64,000 nucleotides of DNA from Dehalococcoidia bacterium (GTDB lineage: Bacteria > Chloroflexota > Dehalococcoidia > DSTF01 > RBG-16-68-14), in assembly GCA_040882355.1 (NCBI GenBank), contig JBBEBM010000017.1, positions 62,001 through 126,000 of the forward strand, in the 5' to 3' direction. Numbering within the stretch: position 1 is the stretch's first letter; each line of letters opens with the position of its first letter. Positions 52,801 through 62,581 of the stretch are shown piece after piece. Below the pieces are notes generated by a model that searched no databases, was not told the DNA's origin, and was given only the letters and a program-made list of their open reading frames with translations. A program made the translations under genes and the position numbers.

Positions 52801-52891
52801 CAGAGAAGACGAGGGCCCGCGATGCTATGCCAAACTCGCTGGCCCTCCCCGTCGTTGACAGGTGCCAGGCCTATCGGTAGGCTCTCGTGGC

Positions 52892-53653
52892 ATGACGCGT
52901 TCGCTTGAAGGGAAGGTCGCGCTCGTGACGGGCGCCGGCTCCGGCATCGGCCGGGCAGCGTCGCTCGCCTTCGTCGCCGCGGGCGCGAAGGTGCTCGTCG
53001 CCGACGTCGACGGCGCATCGAACGCGGAGACGGCGCGTCTGATCGTCGACGAGGGCGGCGCGTCGCTCGCGGTCCAGGCGGACGTGACGGACGAGGACGC
53101 CGTCGAGGCGATGGTGGCGGCGGCGGTGCGCGAGTGGGGCCACCTCGACTGCGCGCACAACAACGCGGGCATCGCGGAGCCGCGCGTGCTGACGGCCGAC
53201 ATCACGGCCGAGACGTTCGACCGCGTGATCGAGATCAATCTGAAGGGCGTCTGGCTGGGCATGAAGTACGAGATCCGTCAGATGCTGGAGCAGGGCGGCG
53301 GCGCGATCGTGAACACGGCGTCGGTGGTGGGGCTGGCGGCTGTCCGTCACCAGCCGGCCTACGTCGCGAGCAAGCACGGCGTGATCGGCCTGACGAAGGC
53401 GGCGGCGCTGGAATACGCGGAGTCGGGCATCCGCGTCAACGCCGTCTGCCCTGCGGCGGTGCACACGCCGTCGCTGGACGGCTTCTTCAAGGCGAACCCA
53501 TACCTCGAGAAGGCGCTGATCGACTCGAACCCGAGCAAGCGGATCGCCACGGCGGACGAGGTCGCCGCTGCTGTCGTGTGGCTGTGCTCGGACGAGGCAT
53601 CGTTCGTGACCGGACACGCCCTCGCCATCGACGGCGGCGTGCTGGCGCAGTAG
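52892..53653 (+). CDS. Short-chain dehydrogenase/reductase
   Basis: TGAGSGIG, NNAG, YVASK and DGG. TTGACA-N17-TAGGCT promoter just upstream. Confidence 0.95.
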   Translation: MTRSLEGKVALVTGAGSGIGRAASLAFVAAGAKVLVADVDGASNAETARLIVDEGGASLAVQADVTDEDAVEAMVAAAVREWGHLDCAHNNAGIAEPRVLTADITAETFDRVIEINLKGVWLGMKYEIRQMLEQGGGAIVNTASVVGLAAVRHQPAYVASKHGVIGLTKAAALEYAESGIRVNAVCPAAVHTPSLDGFFKANPYLEKALIDSNPSKRIATADEVAAAVVWLCSDEASFVTGHALAIDGGVLAQ

Positions 53654-53663
53654 AGACGCATCG

Positions 53664-55175
53664 ATGGGCACCCTGGTCATCGACGAAGCGAAGTGCATCG
53701 GCTGCGGGCTCTGCGAGATCGCCTGCGCGTACGACGCGATCGACGTGTACATCAAAGCGCGCGTCGACAACACGCTCTGCACCGACTGCGGCGTCTGCCC
53801 CGACTACTGCCCGACCGATGCGATCACGCTGACGGCCGTGCCCCATCGCCCGGCCGCGACGCTGCCCGCAACCGCCGATTACGACGCGGTGGTGATCGGG
53901 AGCGGATTGGGCGGCATCTGCTCTGCCGCGCTGCTGGCAAATCGCGGCTACAAGACGCTGGTGATCGAACGGAGCGCGACGGTGGGCGGGCGCTTCTCGT
54001 CGCTGCGACATCGCAACGTGATGATCCCGACGGGAGGATCGCTGATCGGGCTGGGCGGGCCACTGGAGCAAGTGTGGCGAGAGGTGGGCGCGCCGTTCGA
54101 CGTCGCGCCGTTCGAGACGTCGGCCTACTGGGTGAAGGACAAGGGCTGGCTCAACCCGGGTTCGGGCGGCGGGCAGTTCCGTCGCGCCTTGACCGAGATG
54201 GCGGGAGACGTCGACGCCGCGAACACCGTCATGGCCGGGATGCGAGACGTGCTAACGAACCAGCGCTATCCGCCGGGCACCGTGCTGGAGTGGCTGGCCG
54301 GGTTGACAGACAACCGCGGCATCGAGCAGATGTTCCGCGCGGTGACGGCGGCGGCGTTCGGGCCGGAGGACGTGCCCGCCGCCGACTTCTTCGCGCTGCT
54401 CGCCGCGGCCGCAGGGAAGGGGATGGGGCTGGCTCGTCGCGGCCAGCTCCACCTGCTGCGCGAGCTGTCGGAGACGATCGTCGCGCGCGGCGGCGCGGTC
54501 TGGACGCGAAGCTCGGCGACGGCGATCACGACCGACGGCGACCGCGCGACGGGCGTCGTCGTCGAGCGCGACGGACAGACCGCGCACGTCAGGGCGGGGC
54601 TGGTGGTGAGCAACGCCGGGCCGCACCAGACGGTGCGCTTGCTCGGCGGCGACCGCTTCGACAACGAGTTCCTCAGCGAGCTCGACGCGCAGGTCATCTC
54701 GATGAGCAGCATCTCGGTGCACCTGATCAGCGAACGCACGCTGCTCGGCGACATTCCGGGCGCCGTCTACACCGCGATCGGCGCGCGTCGCATCGCGATG
54801 ATCTTCGACGCGAGCCTGACGGCGGAGTGGGCGGGCAACGACAAGCACCTGACCGAGATCTACCCGCTCACCGCGACCGACCCGTCGGTGGAGGTGGACT
54901 GGGAGGCCCAGATCGAGGAGATCAGGCAGGACCTGGACGAGATGTGCCCGGACTGGCGGGAGCGCGCGGAGATGCGCGTGATCACGCTGCAGAGCGAGTA
55001 CCCGGGGCTGCGCGCGTGGCCCGGCAAGGGCGCGTCCGTCGAGACGCCGGTCCCGAACGTGTTCTTGGTCGGTGACGGCTGCCAGAGCCAGGGCTACGCC
55101 GGCGGCGCGGCAGCGGCGTCATCGGCGCAGCGAGCCGTCGCGCTGATCAGCGAGCGGTTCGCGCCGCGAGGGTGA
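53664..55175 (+). CDS. 2x[4Fe-4S] ferredoxin fused to a phytoene-dehydrogenase-like FAD oxidoreductase
   Basis: CIGCGLCEIAC and CTDCGVCPDYCP, then VIGSGLGG...E...VGGR and a C-terminal FLVGD. Confidence 0.85.
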   Translation: MGTLVIDEAKCIGCGLCEIACAYDAIDVYIKARVDNTLCTDCGVCPDYCPTDAITLTAVPHRPAATLPATADYDAVVIGSGLGGICSAALLANRGYKTLVIERSATVGGRFSSLRHRNVMIPTGGSLIGLGGPLEQVWREVGAPFDVAPFETSAYWVKDKGWLNPGSGGGQFRRALTEMAGDVDAANTVMAGMRDVLTNQRYPPGTVLEWLAGLTDNRGIEQMFRAVTAAAFGPEDVPAADFFALLAAAAGKGMGLARRGQLHLLRELSETIVARGGAVWTRSSATAITTDGDRATGVVVERDGQTAHVRAGLVVSNAGPHQTVRLLGGDRFDNEFLSELDAQVISMSSISVHLISERTLLGDIPGAVYTAIGARRIAMIFDASLTAEWAGNDKHLTEIYPLTATDPSVEVDWEAQIEEIRQDLDEMCPDWRERAEMRVITLQSEYPGLRAWPGKGASVETPVPNVFLVGDGCQSQGYAGGAAAASSAQRAVALISERFAPRG

Positions 55176-55177
55176 GG
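55123..55177 (+). repeat. 55-bp direct repeat, left copy (3' end of oxidoreductase gene)
   Basis: 51/55 identical to 56746-56800. Confidence 0.92.
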
Positions 55178-56686
55178 GTTGAACGTGAACCAGATGAGAC
55201 GCGCCGCCGGCGGAGACTGATGGCCGCCGGCATGGACGACCCCCAGATCGGGACGGAATACCGTCCTCCAGTGGCGATCGGCCTTCCCAAACCGGGCTGG
55301 TCGGCGAAGGCGAATCGCTTCTTCGGTACCTTCAAAGCGTTCGCCGGACACGCGGCTCCGGCGATGGCGCGCCAGCTCGCGCAACGGGCTCGCAACGACC
55401 ACGCGACCGCTCGAGCGATCCGTAGCGCCTTTGAGGAGCTGGGCGCCACCTACGTGAAATTCGGTCAATTCGTCGGGTCCGCGCCGGACATCGTTGGAGA
55501 CGAGGCAGCCCGGGAGTTCCGGAGCTGCCTCGACACGGGGCCCGCGATTCCTTTCAGGGCCGTACGCTCAATCGTCGAGGAAGATCTCGGTCAGCCTCTT
55601 GGCGAGGCTTTTGCCACGTTCGATGAGACACCGCTGGCCGCCGCGTCCATCGCCGTCGTACATCGCGCCACGTTGCATGATGGCCGAGCGGTTGCTGTGA
55701 AGATACTTCGCCCAGGAATGGATGAAGTGGTGGCCACCGACCTTGCCCTCTTGGAGGCGCCAGTTCGCTTCCTCGCCAGCCAGGGAAGCGACCTGGCGAT
55801 GACAATCCTCGGCTACCTTGTCGGTCTGCGAGAACAGATCGCGGAGGAACTGGACCTACGGAACGAAGCGCGTTCGATGGTCCACTTTCGCCGGCTGTTC
55901 GCTGAGCTTGGCCTGTCTCGCCTTGAGGTCCCGCGCCCGCACGAAGCTCTGTCGACACGACATGTCATGACGATGGACCTTCTGGAGGGTGTCGCGATCG
56001 ACGATCTCGCCGGGATCAAGGCGATGGGCGTGGGAAGTCCGGAGGAGCTCGTGAGGGACCTCTTCCGGGCCTGGATCCTCACGGCTGTTCGCTTTCGCGC
56101 CTTCCACGCGGACATCCACGCCGGCAACCTCATCCTCATGCCGGACGGCCGCCTCGGGATTGTCGACTGGGGTATCATCGCGCGACTCGACGATGAGACG
56201 CACCAGTTGTTGTTCAGCCTGATCGAGGCGGCATTGGGCAGGGATCATGCGTGGGATAGGATTGCCGAGTACATCATCGGCATACAGGGAGCGAGTCTCC
56301 GCGACGGTCTCGGCCTCTCCGACGACCAGATCCGGCGGCTCGTGCGGGTTCAGTTGGAGCCGATCCTCACCCGGCCTGTCGGAGAGGTGAGCATGTCGTC
56401 GCTGTTCGCCGGGTCTGAAGAGGCGATCGTTCAGGCGACCGGGGAGCCGCCGTTGAAGCGGTCGGTCGTGGACCGCCTCAGGCTTCTCAGGAAGACCCGG
56501 CGCGCGAATCAACTGATGCTCAAGCAAGGCACCTTAGATGTTGGCTCTCAGCGTGCCGGCTTTCTCGCTGCGAAACAGCTCGTCTACCTGGAGCGCTACT
56601 GGCGCATGTACCTGCCGGACACGCCATTGATGAGTGACCGCGAGTTCTTCGAGAGATTGCTGGCGAGTCACGGCGCGCCTTCATAG
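55172..56686 (+). CDS. ABC1/AarF/UbiB family atypical kinase
   Basis: ELGATYVKFGQ, AAASIA.VH, VAVK, HADIHAGN and DWG. Confidence 0.92.
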   Translation: MRVEREPDETRRRRRLMAAGMDDPQIGTEYRPPVAIGLPKPGWSAKANRFFGTFKAFAGHAAPAMARQLAQRARNDHATARAIRSAFEELGATYVKFGQFVGSAPDIVGDEAAREFRSCLDTGPAIPFRAVRSIVEEDLGQPLGEAFATFDETPLAAASIAVVHRATLHDGRAVAVKILRPGMDEVVATDLALLEAPVRFLASQGSDLAMTILGYLVGLREQIAEELDLRNEARSMVHFRRLFAELGLSRLEVPRPHEALSTRHVMTMDLLEGVAIDDLAGIKAMGVGSPEELVRDLFRAWILTAVRFRAFHADIHAGNLILMPDGRLGIVDWGIIARLDDETHQLLFSLIEAALGRDHAWDRIAEYIIGIQGASLRDGLGLSDDQIRRLVRVQLEPILTRPVGEVSMSSLFAGSEEAIVQATGEPPLKRSVVDRLRLLRKTRRANQLMLKQGTLDVGSQRAGFLAAKQLVYLERYWRMYLPDTPLMSDREFFERLLASHGAPS

Positions 56687-56745
56687 GGGCGGCGCTTGCG
56701 CGCTTCCTCCTGTCCTGGATACGTCGCCCTTCAGCGGGGCCTCCC

Positions 56746-56800
56746 CGGCGCAACGAGCCGTCGCGCTGATCGCCGAGCGGTTCTCGCCGCGAGGGTGAGG
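56746..56800 (+). repeat. 55-bp direct repeat, right copy
   Basis: Encodes AQRAVALIAERFSPRG* versus AQRAVALISERFAPRG* in the left copy. Confidence 0.92.
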
Positions 56801-56931
56801 ACCGGCACCGTGTCAGCCTGAAGGCTGACCTGCTGTGGGGAGGGGCCGATCCGCGCCACGGGCGGCGGAAGCTGGCGGCGAAGCTGAGACGAGCCGATAA
56901 TTCTCGTAGACCTATCTCTCGGAGGCCAGAC

Positions 56932-57408
56932 ATGCCCCTTTTTGGTCGTAGGCAGACGGACAAAGCGCCTGAGGCAGAACCCGATGACCCGATGGGCCAG
57001 AACCGGGTGTTTTACTCGCGCGAGAACGGCATCGTCACGTACTGGTACCTGGCCCATCGCTGCGAGGAGGAGTGCTACCGCGCGCAGCGCTACGAACGCC
57101 CGCTGTCGCTGCTGATCGTCCGCCCCGCGCCGGAGACAGGCGGACTGGCGCCGCGCCTCCAGCTCGCGGCCACGCTGCGCACCGCGCTGCGGGCCGCCGA
57201 CGTCGCGGCCTATTCGGGGACCGAGTACATCATCCTCCTGCCCGAGACGAGCAAGGAGCAGGCGGAGGAGCTTGCCACCCGGCTCCGCGCCGAGGTGCCG
57301 AACACGGTGACGGGCCTCAGCGCGTTCCCTGAAGACGGCGCCGACCTGGCCACGCTGACGGAAGTCGCCCGCACGCAGCTTCCACCCGAGCAGGAAGCCG
57401 CCGCCTAG
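56932..57408 (+). CDS. Degenerate GGDEF-domain protein
   Basis: EE..RA.RY.RPLSL, LR.AD, YSGTEY in place of GGDEF, LLPET and FPEDG. Confidence 0.8.
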   Translation: MPLFGRRQTDKAPEAEPDDPMGQNRVFYSRENGIVTYWYLAHRCEEECYRAQRYERPLSLLIVRPAPETGGLAPRLQLAATLRTALRAADVAAYSGTEYIILLPETSKEQAEELATRLRAEVPNTVTGLSAFPEDGADLATLTEVARTQLPPEQEAAA

Positions 57409-57472
57409 GCGAGGCCATCGCCCTGCCCCCTCCCTCTCCAGCGCGCTAAGATCAGCGGAGGAGGGAGAGCCG

Positions 57473-58570
57473 CTGGCACGAGTCTACCTTGAGAACGTGG
57501 CGAAGCGGTTCGGCAGCGTCGTCGCGCTGAGCGCGCTGACGCTGGAGATCCCGGACCGCGAGTTCTTCGTCCTGCTCGGCCCGTCGGGCTGCGGCAAGAC
57601 GACGGCGCTGCGCATCGTCGCGGGGCTGGAGGAGCCGAGCGAAGGCTCGGTCTACATCGGCGACCGGCTGGTCACCGACGTGCCGGCGAAGGACCGCGAC
57701 CTGGCGATGGTCTTCCAGTCCTACGCGCTCTACCCCCACATGACCGTCTACGACAACCTCGCCTTCGGGCTGCGCATGCGCAAGCAGAGCCGCGACGAGA
57801 TCGACCGGTTGGTGCGCGATGCGGCGTCCACGTTGGGGCTGGATCAGCTCCTGAAGAGGCGCCCGGGCGAGCTGTCGGGCGGGCAGCGGCAGCGCGTCGC
57901 GCTGGGGCGCGCCATTGTCCGGCAGCCGGCCGCGTTCCTGATGGACGAGCCGCTCTCGAACCTCGACGCGCAGATGCGCGTGCAGACGCGGACCGAGCTG
58001 ATCAAGCTCCACCAGCGCCTGGGCACGACGTTCATCTACGTCACGCACGATCAGGTGGAGGCGATGACGATGGGCCAGCGGGTAGCGGTGATGGCCGCCG
58101 GCGAGCTCCAACAGGTCGCGCCGCCGCAGGAGGTCTACGACCGGCCCGCGAACCTCTTCGTCGCGAAGTTCATTGGCAGCCCGTCGATGAACTTCCTTGA
58201 GGGCGAGCCGGTGCAGGTCGATGGCCAGGCGGGCGTGAGCACGCCGAACGGCTTCGTGCGGCTGCCGCCGGAGCGCTGGGCCGCGCTGAAGGACGCGGGC
58301 GCGACCCGTGTGGCGATCGGCGTGCGGCCGGAGCACCTGGTGCCGAAGGAGGGCGCGGAGGGCGCGGCGGCGAGCTTCGACGGCCAGGTCGAGATCGTCG
58401 AATCGCTGGGCAGCGAGCAGCACGTGACGGTGGCGATGGCGGAGGGCTCGGCTGTGGTGCGGCTGCCGACGAGCCTGCGGCTGGAGATAGGCGCGCCGCT
58501 CCGGCTCGCGGTCGACGCTGCGCACCTTCACCTGTTCGATGCCAGGACGGGCGTGAGGATCGGGTCGTGA
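57473..58570 (+). CDS. Sugar ABC transporter ATP-binding protein (MalK/UgpC-like), probable CTG start
   Basis: GPSGCGKTT, LSGGQRQR, DEPLSNLD and a TOBE domain. (M)ARVYLENVAKRF begins at a CTG after GGAGGAGG. Confidence 0.92.
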   Translation: MARVYLENVAKRFGSVVALSALTLEIPDREFFVLLGPSGCGKTTALRIVAGLEEPSEGSVYIGDRLVTDVPAKDRDLAMVFQSYALYPHMTVYDNLAFGLRMRKQSRDEIDRLVRDAASTLGLDQLLKRRPGELSGGQRQRVALGRAIVRQPAAFLMDEPLSNLDAQMRVQTRTELIKLHQRLGTTFIYVTHDQVEAMTMGQRVAVMAAGELQQVAPPQEVYDRPANLFVAKFIGSPSMNFLEGEPVQVDGQAGVSTPNGFVRLPPERWAALKDAGATRVAIGVRPEHLVPKEGAEGAAASFDGQVEIVESLGSEQHVTVAMAEGSAVVRLPTSLRLEIGAPLRLAVDAAHLHLFDARTGVRIGS

Positions 58571-59544
58571 GCGCGCCAACGCGCGCCGCGCGCAGGCTGC
58601 TGCTGTCGAAGCCGGTGCGCCAGCTCCTGGAGGCGCTGCTCTTTCTGGCGCCTTCGATCGTGCTGTTCGGGACGTTCGTCTTCTACCCGCTCGGGAAGTC
58701 GGTCTACCTGGGCTTCTTCATCGACAACCCGTTCCACACGCGGCAGATCTACGTCGGCTTCGACCAGTACCGCGACGTGCTCACGTCGACCGAGTTCGCC
58801 GCCAGCCTGATCGTGACGGTGACGTTCACGCTCTACACGGTGGCGCCTGCGGTGGTGATCGGGACGTTGCTGGCGGTGCTGGCGAACCAGCGGCTGCCCG
58901 GCATCTCGATCTTTCGCACGATCTTCTCGTCGACGCTCGCCGCGTCGGTGGCGATCACGTCGGTGCTGTGGCTGGTGTTCCTCCACCCGGAGATCGGCAT
59001 TGCGAACGAGATGCTGAACGCGCTCGGGCTGCCGGACGTGGGCTGGCTCAAGGACGGCGGCTGGGCGGTGGCGGAGCACGACAGTGCGTGGGCGATGGTC
59101 GGCGCGTGGTTCTACGACCCGAACTGGGCGCTGCTCTCCGTTTCGATGGCGACGCTTTGGATGAACACGGGGCTGTTCACGGCGATCCTGCTGGCGGGGC
59201 TGCAGACGATCCCCGACGAGCTGTACGAGAGCGCGCGAATGGACGGCGCGGGCCGCTGGGACGAGTTCCGGCACGTCACGCTGCCGATGCTCTCGCCGTC
59301 GATCTTCTTTGCGTCGGTGGTGGGGGTGATCTTCGCGTTCCAGGCGTTCGGGCAGTTCAACATCCTGACGCAGGGCGGGCCCGTCGATTCGACAAACGTG
59401 GTGCTGTACTCGATCTACGAGGAGGCGTTCCAGAACTTCCGCGTCGGCGCCGCGTCGGTGCAGGCGCTGGCGCTGTTCGCGATCATGCTAGGGCTGACGC
59501 TGGTGCAGTTCCGGCTGCTGGAGCGGAGGGTGTTCTACCGATGA
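58567..59544 (+). CDS. Sugar ABC permease (UgpA-like)
   Basis: EAA loop LYESARMDGA; YVGFDQY and LTQGGP. Confidence 0.92.
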   Translation: MSAPTRAARRLLLSKPVRQLLEALLFLAPSIVLFGTFVFYPLGKSVYLGFFIDNPFHTRQIYVGFDQYRDVLTSTEFAASLIVTVTFTLYTVAPAVVIGTLLAVLANQRLPGISIFRTIFSSTLAASVAITSVLWLVFLHPEIGIANEMLNALGLPDVGWLKDGGWAVAEHDSAWAMVGAWFYDPNWALLSVSMATLWMNTGLFTAILLAGLQTIPDELYESARMDGAGRWDEFRHVTLPMLSPSIFFASVVGVIFAFQAFGQFNILTQGGPVDSTNVVLYSIYEEAFQNFRVGAASVQALALFAIMLGLTLVQFRLLERRVFYR

Positions 59545-60386
59545 TCGCGGCGCGACAGGTCTTGCGCCGGCTGCCGGCGTACGCGGTGCTGATCGCGTGC
59601 GCGGCGCTGCTGCTCTTTCCGCTCTTCGTGACGTTCGCCTACAGTCTTCATCCGGTCGTCGACTTCGTCGAGAATCCGCCGCCCAGCCTGTGGCCCGACG
59701 ACCCGCAGTGGGGCAACTACTTCGGCGGCGGCGCATCCTCGGGCGCGATCGAGGGGAACTTCCCGCGTTATCTGCTGAACAGCTTCGTGATGGCGGGCGT
59801 GATCACGCTCGGCCAGCTCGTTACCTCGTCGATGGCCGCGTACGCGTTCACATTCCTGCGCTTCCCGGGCCGTGACTACCTCTTTCTGGTCTTCCTGGCG
59901 ACGATGATGGTGCCGCTTGAGGTGGCGATCATCCCGAACTTCCAGACGATCCAGTGGCTTGGATGGACCGACACCTACCAGGGCCTCGTCGCGCCGTTCC
60001 TGGCGACGGGCTTCGGCACGTTCCTGCTGCGCCAGTACTTCCGCACGATCCCGACGGAGCTGCGCGACGCGGCCGAGATGGACGGCTACGGCCACTTCCG
60101 CTTCCTCTGGCGGGTGGTGGTGCCGCTCTCGGGTGGGGCGCTGGCGACGCTGGCGGTCTTCGCGTTCATTCAGGCCTGGAACCAGTACCTCTGGCCGCTG
60201 CTGGTGACGAACGACCCCGACATGCGTACGGTGCAGATCGGCATCGCGAGCGAGACGGCGCAGATCGACAAGATCAGCGTCGCGTTCGCCGGCACGATCA
60301 TCTCCTTCCTGCCGATGCTGCTGCTGGTCGTCGCCTTCCAGCGCTACCTGGTGCGCGGGCTGCTCGGTGGGGCGGTGAAGGGGTGA
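59541..60386 (+). CDS. Sugar ABC permease (UgpE-like)
   Basis: ATGA-coupled start; ELRDAAEMDG and WNQYLWPL. Confidence 0.92.
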   Translation: MIAARQVLRRLPAYAVLIACAALLLFPLFVTFAYSLHPVVDFVENPPPSLWPDDPQWGNYFGGGASSGAIEGNFPRYLLNSFVMAGVITLGQLVTSSMAAYAFTFLRFPGRDYLFLVFLATMMVPLEVAIIPNFQTIQWLGWTDTYQGLVAPFLATGFGTFLLRQYFRTIPTELRDAAEMDGYGHFRFLWRVVVPLSGGALATLAVFAFIQAWNQYLWPLLVTNDPDMRTVQIGIASETAQIDKISVAFAGTIISFLPMLLLVVAFQRYLVRGLLGGAVKG

Positions 60387-60532
60387 CTCGAGCCCTGGTA
60401 GGCTGGCCGGGCGGGGCGTTACAATTGCTCACCCGAAGCGCGTTATGCTATAGTGTGCTCGCTTCGACCGTACCCTCAGCTTCGCATATCCTGTAGGGAC
60501 GAGGAGCCACCGAGAGGAGGCATAGCGCAAGC

Positions 60533-61294
60533 TTGGAAACCGCAATCACCATGAAGGCGCTGCTGGAGGCCGGCGTTCACTTCGGCCACCAGACCCGGCG
60601 CTGGAACCCAAAGATGCGCCCCTACATCTTCACGGAGCGCAACGGCATCCACATCATCGACCTGCAACAGACCGTGAGCCGCCTGGGCATCGCGCTCGAC
60701 TTCGTGCGCGACCTGGCGTCTACCGGCGAGCAGCTCCTGTTCGTCGGCACGAAGAAGCAGGCGCAGGAGTCGATCGAGACCGAGGCGAGGCGCTGCAGCA
60801 TGCCCTTCGTGACGAATCGCTGGCTGGGCGGCACGCTCACGAACTTCAGCACGATCCAGCGCCGCATCGACTACCTGGTGCGCCAGGAAGAGGCGCGAGA
60901 GCGCGGCGACTTCCACCGGCTGCACAAGAAGGAGCAGCTCAAGATCGACAAGGAGATCGACAAGCTGAACCGCCACCTGGGCGGCATCAAGAAGATGTCC
61001 CGCCTGCCCGGGGCGCTCTACATCATCGATCCGGCCATGGAGGGCATCGCTGTCGCCGAAGCGCGGCGCGTGGGCGTGCCGATCGTCGCGATGTGCGACA
61101 CGAACTGCGATCCCGACCTCATCGACTACCCGATCCCGTCGAACGACGACGCCATCCGCGCGGTGAAGCTGATCACGGCTCGCGTCGCCGACGCCTGCCT
61201 CGAAGGCCTGACGATGCAGGAGTACGAGGAAGAGCCCGCGCCGCCGGCGGCAGCGAGCGTTGCAGCGTCCGCTGATGGAGAGCCGGTCGGGTGA
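60533..61294 (+). CDS. rpsB: 30S ribosomal protein S2
   Basis: [19 protein letters not shown] and DTNCDP. Confidence 0.98.
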   Translation: METAITMKALLEAGVHFGHQTRRWNPKMRPYIFTERNGIHIIDLQQTVSRLGIALDFVRDLASTGEQLLFVGTKKQAQESIETEARRCSMPFVTNRWLGGTLTNFSTIQRRIDYLVRQEEARERGDFHRLHKKEQLKIDKEIDKLNRHLGGIKKMSRLPGALYIIDPAMEGIAVAEARRVGVPIVAMCDTNCDPDLIDYPIPSNDDAIRAVKLITARVADACLEGLTMQEYEEEPAPPAAASVAASADGEPVG

Positions 61295-61806
61295 GCGGCA
61301 AGGCCGCCATCTCTGCTGACGACGTCAAGGCGCTGCGCGAGCGCACGAACGCGGGCGTCATGGAGTGCAAGCGCGCGCTCGAGGAGGCGGAAGGTGACTT
61401 CGAACGCGCGGAGCAGGTGCTCCAGGAGCGCGGGCTGGCGATGGCGGAGAAGCGCATGCACCGCGAGACGATGCAGGGGCTGGTGGAGTGCTACATCCAC
61501 GCCGGCGGGCGCATCGGCGCGATGGTGGAGCTGAACTGCGAGACGGATTTCGTCGCGCGCACGGACGACTTCAAGGCCCTGGCCCACGATATCGCGATGC
61601 AGGTCGCAGCGACGAATCCGCTCTCCGTATCGGAGGAGGACCTGCCGGCGGGAGCGGAAGGAGAGCCGGTGGAGCTGTGCCTGCTCCGCCAGCCTTTCAT
61701 CAAGGACCCATCCAGGAACATCGAGGACGTGGTGAAGGACGTGATCGCCAAGACGGGCGAGAACGTCCGCGTGCACCGCTTCTCCCGGTTCGAACTCGGA
61801 CAGTAG
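61291..61806 (+). CDS. tsf: Elongation factor Ts (short form)
   Basis: [18 protein letters not shown] and GEN..V.RF.R. Confidence 0.96.
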   Translation: MSGKAAISADDVKALRERTNAGVMECKRALEEAEGDFERAEQVLQERGLAMAEKRMHRETMQGLVECYIHAGGRIGAMVELNCETDFVARTDDFKALAHDIAMQVAATNPLSVSEEDLPAGAEGEPVELCLLRQPFIKDPSRNIEDVVKDVIAKTGENVRVHRFSRFELGQ

Positions 61807-61817
61807 GAGGCGACCAG

Positions 61818-62561
61818 ATGGTCGGCGCCGCTTACGGGCGCACCCTGCTGAAGGTGAGCGGCGAAGCCCTCATGGGCAGCGCCGACTACGGCATCGACGC
61901 GGCGACGGTCGCGCCCATCGCCCAGCAGATCCAGGCAGCGCAGCAGGCGGGCACGCAGATCGCCGTCGTCGTCGGCGGCGGGAACATCTTCCGGGGCGCC
62001 GACGCCTCCGCCGCGGGCATGGACCGCGCTAATGCCGACTACGCCGGCATGCTTGCCACGATCATCAACGCTGTGATGTTGCAGGACGCGCTCGAGAAGA
62101 TCGGTGTGACGGTGCGGACGCTGACGGCGATCAACGTCCAGCAGCTCGCCGAGCCGTACATCCGGCGCCGGGCGATCCGGCACCTGGAGAAGGGGCGGGT
62201 GGTGCTCTTCGCCGGCGGAACGGGTAACCCCTACATGACGACGGACACCGCCGCCGCCCTGCGCGCGATCGAGATCGGCGCGCAGGTGCTGCTCATGGCG
62301 AAGAACCAGGTAGACGGCGTCTACGATGCCGACCCGCGCAAGGAGCCGGGCGCGCGTCGCTTTCGCACGCTGACCTATATGGAGGCGCTCAGCCGCAGGC
62401 TGGCGGTGATGGACAGCACGGCGCTCTCGCTGTGCATGGAGAACGAGCTGCCGATCATCGTGTTCGACCTGCAGGGTGAGGACAGCATCGTGCGGGCCGT
62501 CAGCGGCGAGGAGATCGGCACCCGCGTCGGCAGCCAAGAGTCGGTCTTGCTGGGAGTGTGA
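61818..62561 (+). CDS. pyrH: UMP kinase
   Basis: [17 protein letters not shown] and [16 protein letters not shown] before ATG 61818. Confidence 0.97.
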   Translation: MVGAAYGRTLLKVSGEALMGSADYGIDAATVAPIAQQIQAAQQAGTQIAVVVGGGNIFRGADASAAGMDRANADYAGMLATIINAVMLQDALEKIGVTVRTLTAINVQQLAEPYIRRRAIRHLEKGRVVLFAGGTGNPYMTTDTAAALRAIEIGAQVLLMAKNQVDGVYDADPRKEPGARRFRTLTYMEALSRRLAVMDSTALSLCMENELPIIVFDLQGEDSIVRAVSGEEIGTRVGSQESVLLGV

Positions 62562-62581
62562 CGGTCGTGGCGGAGACGGCG

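Noticed and set aside
60455..60532. rpsB leader autoregulatory RNA
   Set aside because: The position fits and a promoter is visible, but I could not identify a convincing conserved structure by eye.
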